Of a stretch of DNA of 64,000 bases, positions 10,964 through 22,430 are shown piece after piece. The stretch spans positions 23,663-87,662 of the forward strand of contig CAYXJR010000001.1 in assembly GCA_964465145.1 (NCBI GenBank), read 5' to 3'. The first letter of the stretch is position 1, and each line of letters begins with the position of its first letter. The position numbers and the translations under genes were made by a program. This stretch comes from an uncultured Porphyromonadaceae bacterium (GTDB lineage: Bacteria > Bacteroidota > Bacteroidia > Bacteroidales > UBA12481). The notes below the pieces were generated by a model. The model was given only the letters and a program-made list of their open reading frames with translations, had not been told where the DNA came from and made no database searches.

Positions 10964-11743
10964 ATGACTTTTAAAGAGAGGTTTAAAAAATTAAGGGCGA
11001 TACTATTGGGGATCGATCCAGGCGTAATGAGTTTGTATTATCATTTTTTTTCCAAGCCTGCATCCCAGTCAATGGCCTATGTACTTGATCAAAAATTGCA
11101 ATCTATACAACCTTTTTATTTTCTTCAGGTAGGAGGCAACGATGGATTTATTAATGATCCTATTTTCAGGTTAGTAAAACGATACCCGTGTAAAGGAATT
11201 ATTGTTGAGCCCCAGGAAGAGGTGTTTAATGATCGACTAAAAAAAACCTACCGCTTTGAAAAAAAAGTAATCCTTGAAAACATCGCTATTTCCGACAAAG
11301 GTGGCATAAGGAAACTTTACAAACTTTCAATTAGCAATTCGCGCTGGGCTACAGGCCTGGCAAGCTTTAAACGATCCAGTCTGATAGATCAAATTGAAGG
11401 TGGCTATGTGACCGATAAGGCAAAAAAAGAAGGTATTACTCTTCCAGCCAATATAGATGACTGTATCACTTTTGAAGAAGTGAATTGCACAACAATTCAA
11501 GACTTACTCATAAAGCACCGATTTAAGACTTTGGATTTTCTGCAAATTGATACTGAAGGCTATGACTTCGATATAATTAAGACTATTGATTTTTTACGGC
11601 TAAAACCCTTAATCATTTCATATGAAAATATGCACCTGAGCGAACAAGATAAGCTGAGATGTGAGGAATTACTTATTGAAAATGGTTATCAGTTAGAACA
11701 CATAGGAGGAGATTCCATCGCTTTCAATAAGAATGAATCATAA
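10964..11743 (+). CDS. FkbM-family methyltransferase
   Basis: FLQVGGNDG..DP, GIIVEP, ENIAI, LDFLQIDTEGYD, IISYE motifs. Confidence 0.9.
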   Translation: MTFKERFKKLRAILLGIDPGVMSLYYHFFSKPASQSMAYVLDQKLQSIQPFYFLQVGGNDGFINDPIFRLVKRYPCKGIIVEPQEEVFNDRLKKTYRFEKKVILENIAISDKGGIRKLYKLSISNSRWATGLASFKRSSLIDQIEGGYVTDKAKKEGITLPANIDDCITFEEVNCTTIQDLLIKHRFKTLDFLQIDTEGYDFDIIKTIDFLRLKPLIISYENMHLSEQDKLRCEELLIENGYQLEHIGGDSIAFNKNES

Positions 11744-14700
11744 TTTTCCTGGCATACCTCCTATTCTGAGCATCAATAAGAACCACAATAATCAATGTGT
11801 CATCTGCAAGGAACGGAATTTTGCATAGGTTTGAAAAGGGATCATGCACCCTGGTTGATTTTATCAATTGTCCGTTGACATTATATAATTCAACACGCTG
11901 CAATTCGGCTGGAGGATTCTCCAGAATAATTTCTTCACCATTATAATAAAGATTTCCATTAAATTGATTTTCGAGAAAACTGACGGGGGCGGAGAGTAAT
12001 GTACCACTGTCAATGGCGAAATTATCAATGTACAATACCGTTGGTGCCGATTCATAATAACCGGGTCCATCCATCGAATTGAACCTGATTCCTTCAATGG
12101 CCAAAGGCTGATCAATTGAATGGATAAGGCTATTATCCAGAAACCATTTTAATCCCGTATTTGGATCAGAACGTATTTCCATCTCCATCCAGTTTCGCAA
12201 TTTATAAGTGAAAAACTTTATTCTGGTTTGATCATGGTAAACCTCACATATACCGGCACTGTAGAAATAAAAATAAAGGATGCTTCCATCACTCAGAGAA
12301 GTAAGTATTGTTCCCTGCCGGTTATTATCAACCAATATTTTGAAATTTGTCTCACAATAACCGTTTAGGTATTCAGAAATGGGGAATAATAAATCTGTTG
12401 TACTTGTAACTTTAATCGACTGATCGCCCTCAAAAGCGCGAGTACCGATCACAAAAGCATCCCTGGCAGAGCTTTGATCTTCTCCAAAAATTCGCCAGAA
12501 AGGTGATTGGGAACATAGTTGCTGGTTGGGGTTATAGATTTCAAAATCTTCGAAAAAAGGAATGGAAAATCCGCTGAATACCTTGAAGTTACCATAACCA
12601 CTATACAGGCTGTCACTATCAAGGCGGGCAATCGTAAACCATGAATAGTTGCCGGATTTGTCTACCCCAGTTTCAAAACTCCTGGTTGTGAGCCCACTTG
12701 CAATCTGTAAGAAAGCCTCCTCCTCATAGCGAAGAAACAGATCAAATTGATAGCCTTCATCCTGATAGTCGCCTTCCCATGATAGCTGAATAGTGCGGGT
12801 CATAATAACCGAATCCCTGCATGGTTTCAGGTAGCAGGGGCTTGCCGGATGGAACTTACCTGGAAAGTAAACAGCACCAGCAGCTTCAGAGATTTGGGAT
12901 TTATATTCAAGAAACGACTCTTTTGATATAGGATTATCTCTCAGGTCTATACGATCAAGCCCGCTGGAGTAGTTTTTATATAAAAGCGGCCAGAGATCAG
13001 TAATACGATTTCCCTGAAGATCGAGATCAACCACATAACCATAGTAATCGATGGGAGCCAGGTCGAACAGAAGGTTTTTGCTCAGATCAAGATTGACCAA
13101 ATGGTTATTTATTGACGGGATGGTATCTATCAGGTTGCCAGAAATATCCAGTTGAGTCAGCAATTCATTTTCTTCGAGGATATTTTGGAGCTTACGAATT
13201 TGATTATCAGCTATATTAATGGTATTGATTTTGGGCGAGTTGCTGGTGTTCAGCTGCTGAATCTGGTTGTTAGAAAGGGCCAGGGTTACGAGCTTAGAGA
13301 GCCCATCGAGATTTAACTCACCTGTCAGCTGATTACTACTTGCATCAAGATAACGAAGAGTCCTGTTTCCATTGATCCATTCGATATCCCTAATAGCGTT
13401 ATTTGATATATCCAGATATTCAACTCCATAAGTGTTTTCGAGTACATCAAAACTTTGTATATCACACCCTTCCAGGCATATCCATGTTAGTCGATCCAGC
13501 TCATTTAAAAAACCTATATCTTCTAGATGATTGTCTTTAATCTCAAGCTTGTACAAATCCTTTAAGCTTGACAAAAATCCCATATTACTTATAGAATTAT
13601 TGTTCAACATAAGCTCCTGCATTTTGGTCAATGATCCAATGGTTTCAGGACTTATAAGTTGGTATGCCGTAATTTTCAGGAGAGTAATATCCGTACATTC
13701 CTGGAGTTCGGAAAGGTCGATTTCAGCACTTGACCTCAATGAGAGCAGAATCAATTGGCGCAGGTTGGTACATTGACCGATTCCGCTTAAGTCCTCTGCA
13801 TTGGTGACATGAAGACTTCTTATGTCGAAGAGTTCTCCTTTTGTAGGTTCATGAGTACTGCGCTGGGATGATGGAACGCCGATACTTGTATTCATTGATA
13901 TACGGAGTTTTTCATCGCCAATGGGAAAAGGATCTCCATTACTGAAGTATGATGCAGGACCAATCCACCTGGATTCTCCATTTACATATTGGGCAGTAAC
14001 TCTCAGATGGTGGGAGCCGGGATGACAAGCATGCAGAAGGACGGTGTCTGTTGTTTCACCATAATAAATATCGTCGAGATAGATATTGTATCCAAGCAGT
14101 TCACTCCTGTCGCCTTCCGGGCCATTCCACGAGACTTCCATCTCAGTGCCACTCAGAATTCTTTTTTTTAGATTTCCCGGCAGCTTCAGGCTGTCTTCAG
14201 GAGAGGTATTAAAAATTGCCGACACCAGAGAATTGCTCACCACATTGGTGAGGGGGTAATACCCATTGGCAGCTCCTCCCCATCCAAGGTTAAAATGATA
14301 AAAACTGTTGCCATCGAATCCATCACAGACAAAGGCATGACCCGGATAGGTTGAGTATATAGGCTTATACTGGCTGAGGCTGGTATAAAATGCTTCCTGC
14401 GACCCATAAGGATCCTCATTCAGGTAGCCTCCGTCATAAATACGGCCAAAAAGACTGGCAGCATTTGATGATTGTGCCCCTGAGCTTGAGACACCGTATC
14501 CCATATTCACCAGAACACCACTGTGGTATAAGAGACGGGCCACTTCATTATTGATTCCCAAACAGTGGTCTTCCATAGATTGCCAATTATACTGGCCGGC
14601 AAAACAGGACAATGTTCCATAAACTTCATGTTCATACGAGTGCTGGATCTGAAAATTATTCCATTTATCATAATACCGAATGATCTGGCCCACAGCTACA

Positions 14701-15197
14701 GCAACACAACCAACCAGAGTGCGCTTATCTTCTTCTGGATCCACGGGGCAATAATAGTTATAGGGCCAGCCCTGATTCCAGGCTGTCTGGCATAATGGTT
14801 CAATCTCAATCCTTCCTGTTTTTAGTTTTGGAATAACTTTATCAGGATTGTATCCGGGCAATTCAGTGCTATTGGAAAAGGCATCGGCCCATGATTCAAC
14901 CACGCCGGTAGTATCAACAACAAAGGAGAATTGATCGGTGAAAGAGTAACCCATAATTTCCGAAACCTCGGATAAAGTCCTAACCATGACAAATCCTTTG
15001 GGGGAGCTAAAATTTACGATAGTCAGGTTTTTATATACCAGGGAGGTATCAATTGACAGATTGTCAAGATTATGTGCACTATATGGATAGTTCAATTCGT
15101 AAAAGGATCGGGCATTTTGCTCCTCGAACGAATAGTTTTGCGAATACAGACAAATAGTCAGGAACAAAAAAAATGATGTAATAAAACTTTTTCTCAT
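11724..15197 (-). CDS. Peptidase C10 (streptopain-like) with FN3, leucine-rich repeats and T9SS-type C-terminal domain
   Basis: WNQGWPYNYYCP..VGCVAVAVGQI (catalytic Cys), HAFVCDG..YHFNLGWGG (His), many LxxLxLxxNxI repeats, C-terminal VELYNVNGQLI..RKIMI. Start moved to MRKSF at 15197. Confidence 0.85.
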   Translation of the reverse strand: MRKSFITSFFLFLTICLYSQNYSFEEQNARSFYELNYPYSAHNLDNLSIDTSLVYKNLTIVNFSSPKGFVMVRTLSEVSEIMGYSFTDQFSFVVDTTGVVESWADAFSNSTELPGYNPDKVIPKLKTGRIEIEPLCQTAWNQGWPYNYYCPVDPEEDKRTLVGCVAVAVGQIIRYYDKWNNFQIQHSYEHEVYGTLSCFAGQYNWQSMEDHCLGINNEVARLLYHSGVLVNMGYGVSSSGAQSSNAASLFGRIYDGGYLNEDPYGSQEAFYTSLSQYKPIYSTYPGHAFVCDGFDGNSFYHFNLGWGGAANGYYPLTNVVSNSLVSAIFNTSPEDSLKLPGNLKKRILSGTEMEVSWNGPEGDRSELLGYNIYLDDIYYGETTDTVLLHACHPGSHHLRVTAQYVNGESRWIGPASYFSNGDPFPIGDEKLRISMNTSIGVPSSQRSTHEPTKGELFDIRSLHVTNAEDLSGIGQCTNLRQLILLSLRSSAEIDLSELQECTDITLLKITAYQLISPETIGSLTKMQELMLNNNSISNMGFLSSLKDLYKLEIKDNHLEDIGFLNELDRLTWICLEGCDIQSFDVLENTYGVEYLDISNNAIRDIEWINGNRTLRYLDASSNQLTGELNLDGLSKLVTLALSNNQIQQLNTSNSPKINTINIADNQIRKLQNILEENELLTQLDISGNLIDTIPSINNHLVNLDLSKNLLFDLAPIDYYGYVVDLDLQGNRITDLWPLLYKNYSSGLDRIDLRDNPISKESFLEYKSQISEAAGAVYFPGKFHPASPCYLKPCRDSVIMTRTIQLSWEGDYQDEGYQFDLFLRYEEEAFLQIASGLTTRSFETGVDKSGNYSWFTIARLDSDSLYSGYGNFKVFSGFSIPFFEDFEIYNPNQQLCSQSPFWRIFGEDQSSARDAFVIGTRAFEGDQSIKVTSTTDLLFPISEYLNGYCETNFKILVDNNRQGTILTSLSDGSILYFYFYSAGICEVYHDQTRIKFFTYKLRNWMEMEIRSDPNTGLKWFLDNSLIHSIDQPLAIEGIRFNSMDGPGYYESAPTVLYIDNFAIDSGTLLSAPVSFLENQFNGNLYYNGEEIILENPPAELQRVELYNVNGQLIKSTRVHDPFSNLCKIPFLADDTLIIVVLIDAQNRRYARKIMIHSY

Positions 15198-15282
15198 AAC
15201 CAGAGGTAAATCAAAATTAAAATTGACTTTAAAGTAAGATATTTTAATATCTTTCACCATCTAACATTTCAGAATTAATTTT

Positions 15283-18200
15283 ATGTCGACCAAGGCTTCT
15301 TTTTCCAGGTTTATCGCCCTTGCTGGATTGTTTGCAATTTCGTCACTCACGATCTTTGCCCAATCCAGCCTCTGGCAAATTGGCATTCCTGATAAAAACA
15401 ATTCGGAGTTTGCCTTTGCACCATCGAATTACCAGCATTTTCAAACCGATGGATTTTTTGTTGTTGGGGATTCGGATCCCTCAATTGATTGGCCTTATGT
15501 GCATCCGGGGCCACAAGATGGATGGGCAGGAAACCGTTCCCATACCTTTTCTGTGATATTTGGAATTTCCGATCTTGCCGGGAAAAATAATTTATCGGCA
15601 GGAAGGGAATCAGAGGAAAAATGCAAATTACTCATTTACATGGTGGACACCCATAAGAACAATCCCACCCTGCTCAATATCCTTATCAATGGCCATTCAT
15701 TTGAACAAAAATTACCTGAAGGCGCCGGGGATGAATCAATTTACGGTAGTCCTGAAAAAGGCAAACCTTATCGGTGTATTGTCGAATTTCCTTTCAATAT
15801 TCTTAAAAAGGGAAACAATGAGATTGATATTGTCAATATAAAAGGCAGTTGGTTCCTGTATGATGCTATAGAGCTTGAAACATCATCAGGCATTCAGACT
15901 GCACCTGTAGATAAATTTCTTGAAATTGGAAGTTGTGAGATTGAACCAGCTATTTTCGAATCGGATGGCTCTCTAGTCCAAAATCTCTCAATGAACATTA
16001 AATACGCTGGTGGCTCTAAAAAAGCAGACTGGTGGTTTAACGATGGCAGCATAATGACAATTACCTTGCTGCCAGGAATCCACCAGTACAAGTGTACAAT
16101 ACCTGAGGTAAAGGAAGAACAGTCTTTTACCTGCAAAATAAAGGCTAAGGATCAGATCCTCGCTTCCCATGACGGGCACGTCAGGCCCAGCGGTCATAAA
16201 ACCATTTATATCCTTCCCCATTCTCATACCGACATTGGATATACTGATATCCAGACAGCCATCGAAGAGAAACAGATCGAGAATCTACGCACTGGAATCC
16301 AATATGCTCAAGAAACAGCCGACTACCCTGAAGGTGCCAGATTTGTATGGAATATTGAAGTATCCTGGGCTGCCGATTTATATTTAAACCGATTGGGAAA
16401 AGAAGACCGCGATCTTTTCTTTGAAGCCATTGAAAAAGGATGGATCTCTCTTAACGGAATGTATCTTAATGAGTTAACCGGGCTATGCCGACCCGAAGAA
16501 CTGCTCCGCCTTTTCAGTTATTCTGCCCAAATGGCAAAAAAGACGGGAATATCAATAGATGCCGCGATGATCAGCGATGTGCCGGGATACACCTGGGGAA
16601 CTGTGACAGCCATGGCACAGGCTGGGATAAAATATTTCTCCGTTGCTCCCAACTATTTCGACCGGATCGGAGATATACTTTTGCAATGGGAAAACAAACC
16701 ATTTTACTGGGTCTCCCCTTCCGGGAAAGAGAAGGTACTGGTTTGGATCCCCTTCAAAGGTTATGCATGGTCGCACACCATCCCTGAACTGAATAATGAG
16801 AATGCGGGTGATTTCCTCGACCAGCTCGAAAAAATGAATTACCCATATGATATTTCTTATATGCGATGGAGCGGACATGGCGACAACGCCGTGCCGGAGA
16901 AACAAATCAGCGATTTTGTACGGGACTGGAACTCCAAGTACACCTGGCCCCGCTTTGTAATTTCTTCTACCAGTGAGGCTTTCAGTGCTTTTGAATCCCG
17001 ATATGGAGAGCTTATCCCGGAAGTGCATGGCGACTGGACTCCCTATTGGGAAGATGGAGCCGGATCCTCAGCCCGGGAAACGGCTATGAACCGCAATACA
17101 GCCGACCGGCTTACCCAGGCTGAAGCCCTGTTTGCAATGGGACATGCATCCTCTTTTCCAGTTGAAAAATTTGAAGAAGCATGGAAAAAGACATTGCTGT
17201 ATTCGGAACATACCTGGGGCGCATGGTGCAGCATTACAGACCCGGAAAACCAGATGACCACAGAACAGTGGGAGATCAAAAAGGGTTATGCCGATGAAGC
17301 GGCTAGTTTAAGCCGCGAACTGCTGAATATTAATTTGTTAAACGAAAAACCTGATAGGAATAAAAAAACAATTTCGCCCGCCGGGACAATTGAAATTGTC
17401 AATTCCACAGCCTGGGACCGCAGCGAACCAGTTATTCTGACAAAGGAGATATCTGAAGGAGCCCAAAGTATGCTCGACAATAACAACAATCCATTGCCCA
17501 GCCAGAGGCTTTCCACCGGAGAGATGATTTTCATACCCGAGAAAGTTCCTTCCTTATCAGTATCTACCTATAAGTTTTCATCCAAATCACATTTGCTTTC
17601 CGCAGACCAATCGCCAGTGAAAATCATAGAGAACAGAATCCTGGAAAACGGACTTATCCGTATAGGTATTGATCCATTATCAGGAGACATAGTCTCATTC
17701 CAGGGGAGGGGCATTGATGGCAACCTGGCTGATCCGGAATCAGAGCACAAACTGAACCAATATCTTTTCCTGGAGGGAGATGATCTTAAAAACCTTAAAA
17801 CAAGCAGCCCGGCAACTATTCGGGTCATTGAAGCAGGACCGGTATACGGCGTGATTGAAGTCGGATCGCAGGCACCCGGATGCAACTCCCTCACCAGGAG
17901 ATACAAGCTGGCTTTGGGAATGGATTATCTGGAAATTGAAAATATTGTGGATAAAAAACGTGTATCTATGCCTGAGAAAATCGGCGACTGGTACCTGGCC
18001 CAGAACGAGAATAAAGAGAGTGTGAACTTTGCTTTCCCCTTCGCTGTTCCTGAAGGCATAATGCAGCTGGATCTTCCTATCGGATCTATGGTCCCGTGGA
18101 TTGACCAGATCCCCAGTGCCTGCAAAAACTGGTACACCGTGGGCAGGTATGGAGATATATCTAATGAACGGTTCGGAGTCACCTGGTTTACCCTGGATGC

Positions 18201-18717
18201 TCCCCTGGTAGAGGTAGGGGAAATATCAGCCACACTAATTGGATCGCAGTCGAATCCGGGCGTATGGAGAAAGAGCCCGGAACCAACCCAAACTTTGTAT
18301 TCATGGGCGATGAACAATCACTGGGGCACCAATTACCGACAGCATCAGGAAGGGCAGGTAAAATTCAGGTATGCATTGAGGCCGCATAAAAAATTTGACC
18401 CCTCAGAAACCTATCGAATTGCAACCGGGATGACCCAGCCATTATTGGTAAGTTCCGGTGGGGCAACAACTTTCGAACCTCCTTTTCAGATACAGGGAGA
18501 AGGCATAGTTGTTCTCTCGGTTAAACCAGCCGACAAGGGCAAAGGGCTGATAGCCAGACTATACAATCCTTCTGCGTCAAGCCAAACAGGTAAACTGCTT
18601 CCACCGGATGTAGTTCTATGGCTAAGCAATACAGCAGAGGAAAAAGTTAATAAAATCGAAAACGAGATTGAATTGGGAGGGATGGAATTAATAACGGTCA
18701 GAATTGACCGGCAGTAA
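15283..18717 (+). CDS. GH38-like glycoside hydrolase with N-terminal PL4 domain-III-like module
   Basis: Signal peptide, LWQIG..DWPYVHPGP, PHSHTDIGYTD metal motif, DVPGYTWG, YSEHTWGA, MNNHWGTNY. Confidence 0.8.
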   Translation: MSTKASFSRFIALAGLFAISSLTIFAQSSLWQIGIPDKNNSEFAFAPSNYQHFQTDGFFVVGDSDPSIDWPYVHPGPQDGWAGNRSHTFSVIFGISDLAGKNNLSAGRESEEKCKLLIYMVDTHKNNPTLLNILINGHSFEQKLPEGAGDESIYGSPEKGKPYRCIVEFPFNILKKGNNEIDIVNIKGSWFLYDAIELETSSGIQTAPVDKFLEIGSCEIEPAIFESDGSLVQNLSMNIKYAGGSKKADWWFNDGSIMTITLLPGIHQYKCTIPEVKEEQSFTCKIKAKDQILASHDGHVRPSGHKTIYILPHSHTDIGYTDIQTAIEEKQIENLRTGIQYAQETADYPEGARFVWNIEVSWAADLYLNRLGKEDRDLFFEAIEKGWISLNGMYLNELTGLCRPEELLRLFSYSAQMAKKTGISIDAAMISDVPGYTWGTVTAMAQAGIKYFSVAPNYFDRIGDILLQWENKPFYWVSPSGKEKVLVWIPFKGYAWSHTIPELNNENAGDFLDQLEKMNYPYDISYMRWSGHGDNAVPEKQISDFVRDWNSKYTWPRFVISSTSEAFSAFESRYGELIPEVHGDWTPYWEDGAGSSARETAMNRNTADRLTQAEALFAMGHASSFPVEKFEEAWKKTLLYSEHTWGAWCSITDPENQMTTEQWEIKKGYADEAASLSRELLNINLLNEKPDRNKKTISPAGTIEIVNSTAWDRSEPVILTKEISEGAQSMLDNNNNPLPSQRLSTGEMIFIPEKVPSLSVSTYKFSSKSHLLSADQSPVKIIENRILENGLIRIGIDPLSGDIVSFQGRGIDGNLADPESEHKLNQYLFLEGDDLKNLKTSSPATIRVIEAGPVYGVIEVGSQAPGCNSLTRRYKLALGMDYLEIENIVDKKRVSMPEKIGDWYLAQNENKESVNFAFPFAVPEGIMQLDLPIGSMVPWIDQIPSACKNWYTVGRYGDISNERFGVTWFTLDAPLVEVGEISATLIGSQSNPGVWRKSPEPTQTLYSWAMNNHWGTNYRQHQEGQVKFRYALRPHKKFDPSETYRIATGMTQPLLVSSGGATTFEPPFQIQGEGIVVLSVKPADKGKGLIARLYNPSASSQTGKLLPPDVVLWLSNTAEEKVNKIENEIELGGMELITVRIDRQ

Positions 18718-18799
18718 GCCGGAAAGCCAAAAGCAAGCCCATTGGATTTGCCTGTTCGAAGAGCTGAAATCGGAAACAAGCAATTAAAAAACAATTCGA

Positions 18800-20425
18800 T
18801 TAATTAACGTTTCTGATTATCTGCTGGGCAATCAATTTCACCAGTTCAATTCCTCCAGGCCCGTAGCAATGCGGTTTTTCCCTTCCATATTCAATATGGC
18901 CGTCGAAATACGGGTCCTTAGTCTCTTTCAGGAATCCTTCAAGAAGTTCCATTGCATTGTTGAGATAAAACGAATCCATATCCCCGGTGTATAAGAATAG
19001 CTTTCCTTGCAAGTCTTTACCTATTATGGGCCAATTAGCCTCTAAATAAGCATGCAAATCATACTTCTTCCATTGCTCAGCCACTTTATGATCAATATCG
19101 CCAGTCAGCTTATCCCAAACTCGCATTGGGTATCCATCCGGGCCAATCGGGCTGAAGGCTGCTTCCCAGATATCCCATTGGCCGCCAGACCTGTTGTTAT
19201 CACCGACAACCAATTCATATAGATTTTCATTAGCCATGGTTGACCTGATATTCCCATCAGTTCTACGAGTATTCGGACGTTCGATCCGGTTCCACTCATT
19301 CTCCAGATAATAGGCATTATGATCATCATAAATATTGACAATCTGATAAGAATGAAAATCAACTGGGTCAGCGCACAAAGAGAATACCCCTCCATAGAAA
19401 TCTGGATGAAAGATTTGCTGGGCCAGGGCTATCCAGCCACCTGTTGATCCTCCTGATAATATGCGGGCATAAGGTTCTGAAATGATCCTGAATTCTTCTT
19501 CAATAAATGGTATAAGCTCCTGGTTAATCGCATCATCATAAGGCCCAACATTGGGGGAATTTACCGCATAGGAGTCATCATAATAGGGGCAGGGATGCAG
19601 GATCATTATCGCTATCATTCGAGGACAATCATCTGACATCCAGAAATCTGTAAAGCTTTGGTCCGATCGTCTTGAACTAGATGAGGGGCCGCTGGGATCC
19701 CGGAAACCAAAAGGCACTCCCAAACCAAAATGGCCGTGCTGATAGTTCACGGGATAGGAAACATCCTGATTCTCATCATAGCCTTTGGGCAGCAAAACAG
19801 TCGCTCCAAGATACATAGGCTGCCCCCAAAAATCAGACAACATTTTACTCTTGATCCTGATGCGCTTAACCATTTTCGTGTCTTTTGGTATTTCAACCGC
19901 AGGATTGGCATTTGTACAAACCAGATCAATGGTTTCGGCTTTGGCTGGATCGATGTAAACCTTTTTAACATCACTAAACAAATTTCCTTCTCCACGACGC
20001 CAATTTTGTCCCTCCCAATTATCTTTATGCATCCACAATGTATTACCGTCGGATCGCCTGAACTCAGTGTAAATATTGATGAATCCCTGAACATAATACT
20101 CTCCGGCCGGGATATCTTTTATACTCTCAAGCGGATATCCAAAAACTTCTTCACCAATAAGGGCTCCTTTGCCAGGAGCTAAGTCACTTACATTCATTCC
20201 CCAGAAAGGCACCCCGCTCATTCCCACCTGGTTTTTGGGCGGCCGATTATTGTTCCTTGATATCATCACATAAACACGGCCAGTTATGTCCGACTGATTG
20301 ACACTTTCATCAAATGATATGCTGAATTTCAATTCGCTGGTCTTCGATTGTCCGGTTTGCCCCTGAGTAAATGGTGAAAAACAAAAGAAAAACCCAATTA
20401 AAATAACTGATGCTTTTTTCATCAT
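18800..20425 (-). CDS. Secreted putative esterase (alpha/beta hydrolase fold)
   Basis: GGSTGGW nucleophile elbow, YYDDSYAVNS, GDMDSFYLN; paralogue at 56936-58678. Confidence 0.75.
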   Translation of the reverse strand: MMKKASVILIGFFFCFSPFTQGQTGQSKTSELKFSISFDESVNQSDITGRVYVMISRNNNRPPKNQVGMSGVPFWGMNVSDLAPGKGALIGEEVFGYPLESIKDIPAGEYYVQGFINIYTEFRRSDGNTLWMHKDNWEGQNWRRGEGNLFSDVKKVYIDPAKAETIDLVCTNANPAVEIPKDTKMVKRIRIKSKMLSDFWGQPMYLGATVLLPKGYDENQDVSYPVNYQHGHFGLGVPFGFRDPSGPSSSSRRSDQSFTDFWMSDDCPRMIAIMILHPCPYYDDSYAVNSPNVGPYDDAINQELIPFIEEEFRIISEPYARILSGGSTGGWIALAQQIFHPDFYGGVFSLCADPVDFHSYQIVNIYDDHNAYYLENEWNRIERPNTRRTDGNIRSTMANENLYELVVGDNNRSGGQWDIWEAAFSPIGPDGYPMRVWDKLTGDIDHKVAEQWKKYDLHAYLEANWPIIGKDLQGKLFLYTGDMDSFYLNNAMELLEGFLKETKDPYFDGHIEYGREKPHCYGPGGIELVKLIAQQIIRNVN

Positions 20426-20511
20426 AATTCTGAATTCTTAGATCGATAAAAGTAATACATCTTTTTTAGCAGCTTACAGAGCATATCGACGTCATGATTC
20501 ACTTTTCTATT

Positions 20512-22383
20512 TTATTTGCCGGTCAGCTTAGTCCTGTAATCCAGTAAAGCCGTTTGCCTGCCGAATGCAACTACCTCGTCACCAGTTTGAAGGTAATCAT
20601 CCCCATGGGGAACAAAATATTCCCCTTCCCTCTTTATCATCATAAGGAATCCTTCCTGGTGAAAAGGTATTTTTTTGATTTGATGACTAACTGCATTTTT
20701 ACTCGTTACTTTTATTATTTCTACACTGAATGACTCGAAACTTTCAAACATAGTATGATAGGTAGCTGGTCTGAAAATCAGGTTTTCAATAGCCGTTGCG
20801 GTTACCTGGGCCCCATCCAGTGAATCAATACCGATATGATCGAGCTTTTCCAGTTCACTCTTCTTGCTGGTAATGGTTAAAATGTTACCATGCTTCAATT
20901 TATCTTTCAGGATACTGGCAATTTTAAAATTTCTATCTTCAGAATGAGTAAGGATTACTATATAATCTTTGGGTCGAAGATTTAGTTTTTTATATATACT
21001 GGAATCGGTTGCATTCCCATGGATAGCCGTAATACCTTTTTCATTCAAGGCATCTACTTTATCCTTTTTTAAATCGATAATTACTGCTTCCCTGTTATGC
21101 ATCTTCAGGTTTTTTGCCAGGAAAACCCCAGTTCCCCCTCCGCCAATAATAATAATTCGCTCTTCTGCTCCCTCAGAATGCCTGTTTAATTTATTGAATA
21201 CCAAGGGTGATACAACACAAGTAACTACAGCCAGGATAATGAATGAAGTATTCAAAGCCGGGGTGATCACACCAAGATTTAATCCCACCTGTGCAGCCGC
21301 TATGATGAGGCTAAGTCGCGAAGCCATTAAAAATCCCCCCGAAAGAGCATTCCTCCATCCGAATACCCTTACCCAGATCATCGATGGGATAACTTTTATG
21401 GCAAATAATAATACCAGGAGAATTATCAGGAAAATTATCAATTCGCCTGATTCCCTGAATACTCCCAGATCAATCTTGGAACCAACAAGAATGAAAAAGA
21501 TCGGGATAAAAAAACCATGACCCATACCATCCAGCTTCATCATCAGGGAGGACCGTGTTTTATCCGAAAAATAAGATAACAGTATACCAGCCAGGAATGC
21601 CCCCAGAATAACTTCTGCATTTATGATTTGCGAAAGAATAAGGAATAGAAGCATCAATGCCAGAGCACCCCTGACACGGATCTGAGCTGAAGCATGTGAA
21701 AGCATGTTCAGTATTCGTTTGAGAAAGGACAGGCGGTTTAACAGCTTACCCAAACGGTAGAAAACAAAGAAGAGGACAAACAGTAAAATGATCAGAAAGA
21801 CTTCAAATCGTACTCCTTTCTCTATAATTGAGATGGTAAAGGTAAACAGCAGTATACTAAGGATATCCGCTACAGCAGCCGCCATTATCAGCATCTGTCC
21901 GTAATGCTGTTGTGTATAGCCTCTATCCTTTATTATCGGCATGATGATCCCAATAGAGGAAGTGGAAATGATAAGGGCAAAGTACCAGACATGGGTGATC
22001 TCCACAACCAGGTTAAGCATAATTGCGCTTCCTATAGCCAGTATCAGTGTAATAACATAAATAGTTATTGCTACTAACAAGGGATTGTTCACGTAACGGT
22101 CGATGGTAAGCTTCCTTCGTGGGAAAGAATTAACCACTTTTGCAACATTCACCTCCATACCGCTGAGGAACATCAGAAACACGAATCCCATTAACCCCAG
22201 GAATTCAAGGTAATTTGATTCTTTTAGGATATCCAGTACAAATGGACCAATCAGAACCCCGAGAGCTATCTCAATAATAACCGAGGGTATCCTGATAATC
22301 CGAATCTGTGATGTTATCAAAGGGGATAACCAGGCCAGGACCACCACAATAAACAAGGGCAAAAAGTCGGAGCTGAAGTCCAT
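20512..22383 (-). CDS. Monovalent cation:proton antiporter (CPA2) with TrkA-N/TrkA-C domains
   Basis: Multi-pass TM N-terminus (GAFLAG, FFIPIFFILVG), GGGGTG Rossmann motif, C-terminal VPHGDDYLQTGD. Confidence 0.9.
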   Translation of the reverse strand: MDFSSDFLPLFIVVVLAWLSPLITSQIRIIRIPSVIIEIALGVLIGPFVLDILKESNYLEFLGLMGFVFLMFLSGMEVNVAKVVNSFPRRKLTIDRYVNNPLLVAITIYVITLILAIGSAIMLNLVVEITHVWYFALIISTSSIGIIMPIIKDRGYTQQHYGQMLIMAAAVADILSILLFTFTISIIEKGVRFEVFLIILLFVLFFVFYRLGKLLNRLSFLKRILNMLSHASAQIRVRGALALMLLFLILSQIINAEVILGAFLAGILLSYFSDKTRSSLMMKLDGMGHGFFIPIFFILVGSKIDLGVFRESGELIIFLIILLVLLFAIKVIPSMIWVRVFGWRNALSGGFLMASRLSLIIAAAQVGLNLGVITPALNTSFIILAVVTCVVSPLVFNKLNRHSEGAEERIIIIGGGGTGVFLAKNLKMHNREAVIIDLKKDKVDALNEKGITAIHGNATDSSIYKKLNLRPKDYIVILTHSEDRNFKIASILKDKLKHGNILTITSKKSELEKLDHIGIDSLDGAQVTATAIENLIFRPATYHTMFESFESFSVEIIKVTSKNAVSHQIKKIPFHQEGFLMMIKREGEYFVPHGDDYLQTGDEVVAFGRQTALLDYRTKLTGK

Positions 22384-22430
22384 AAGGTTTAAAAATAGAG
22401 AATTTATCCAACACTTAAGCCTTGTTAAGG

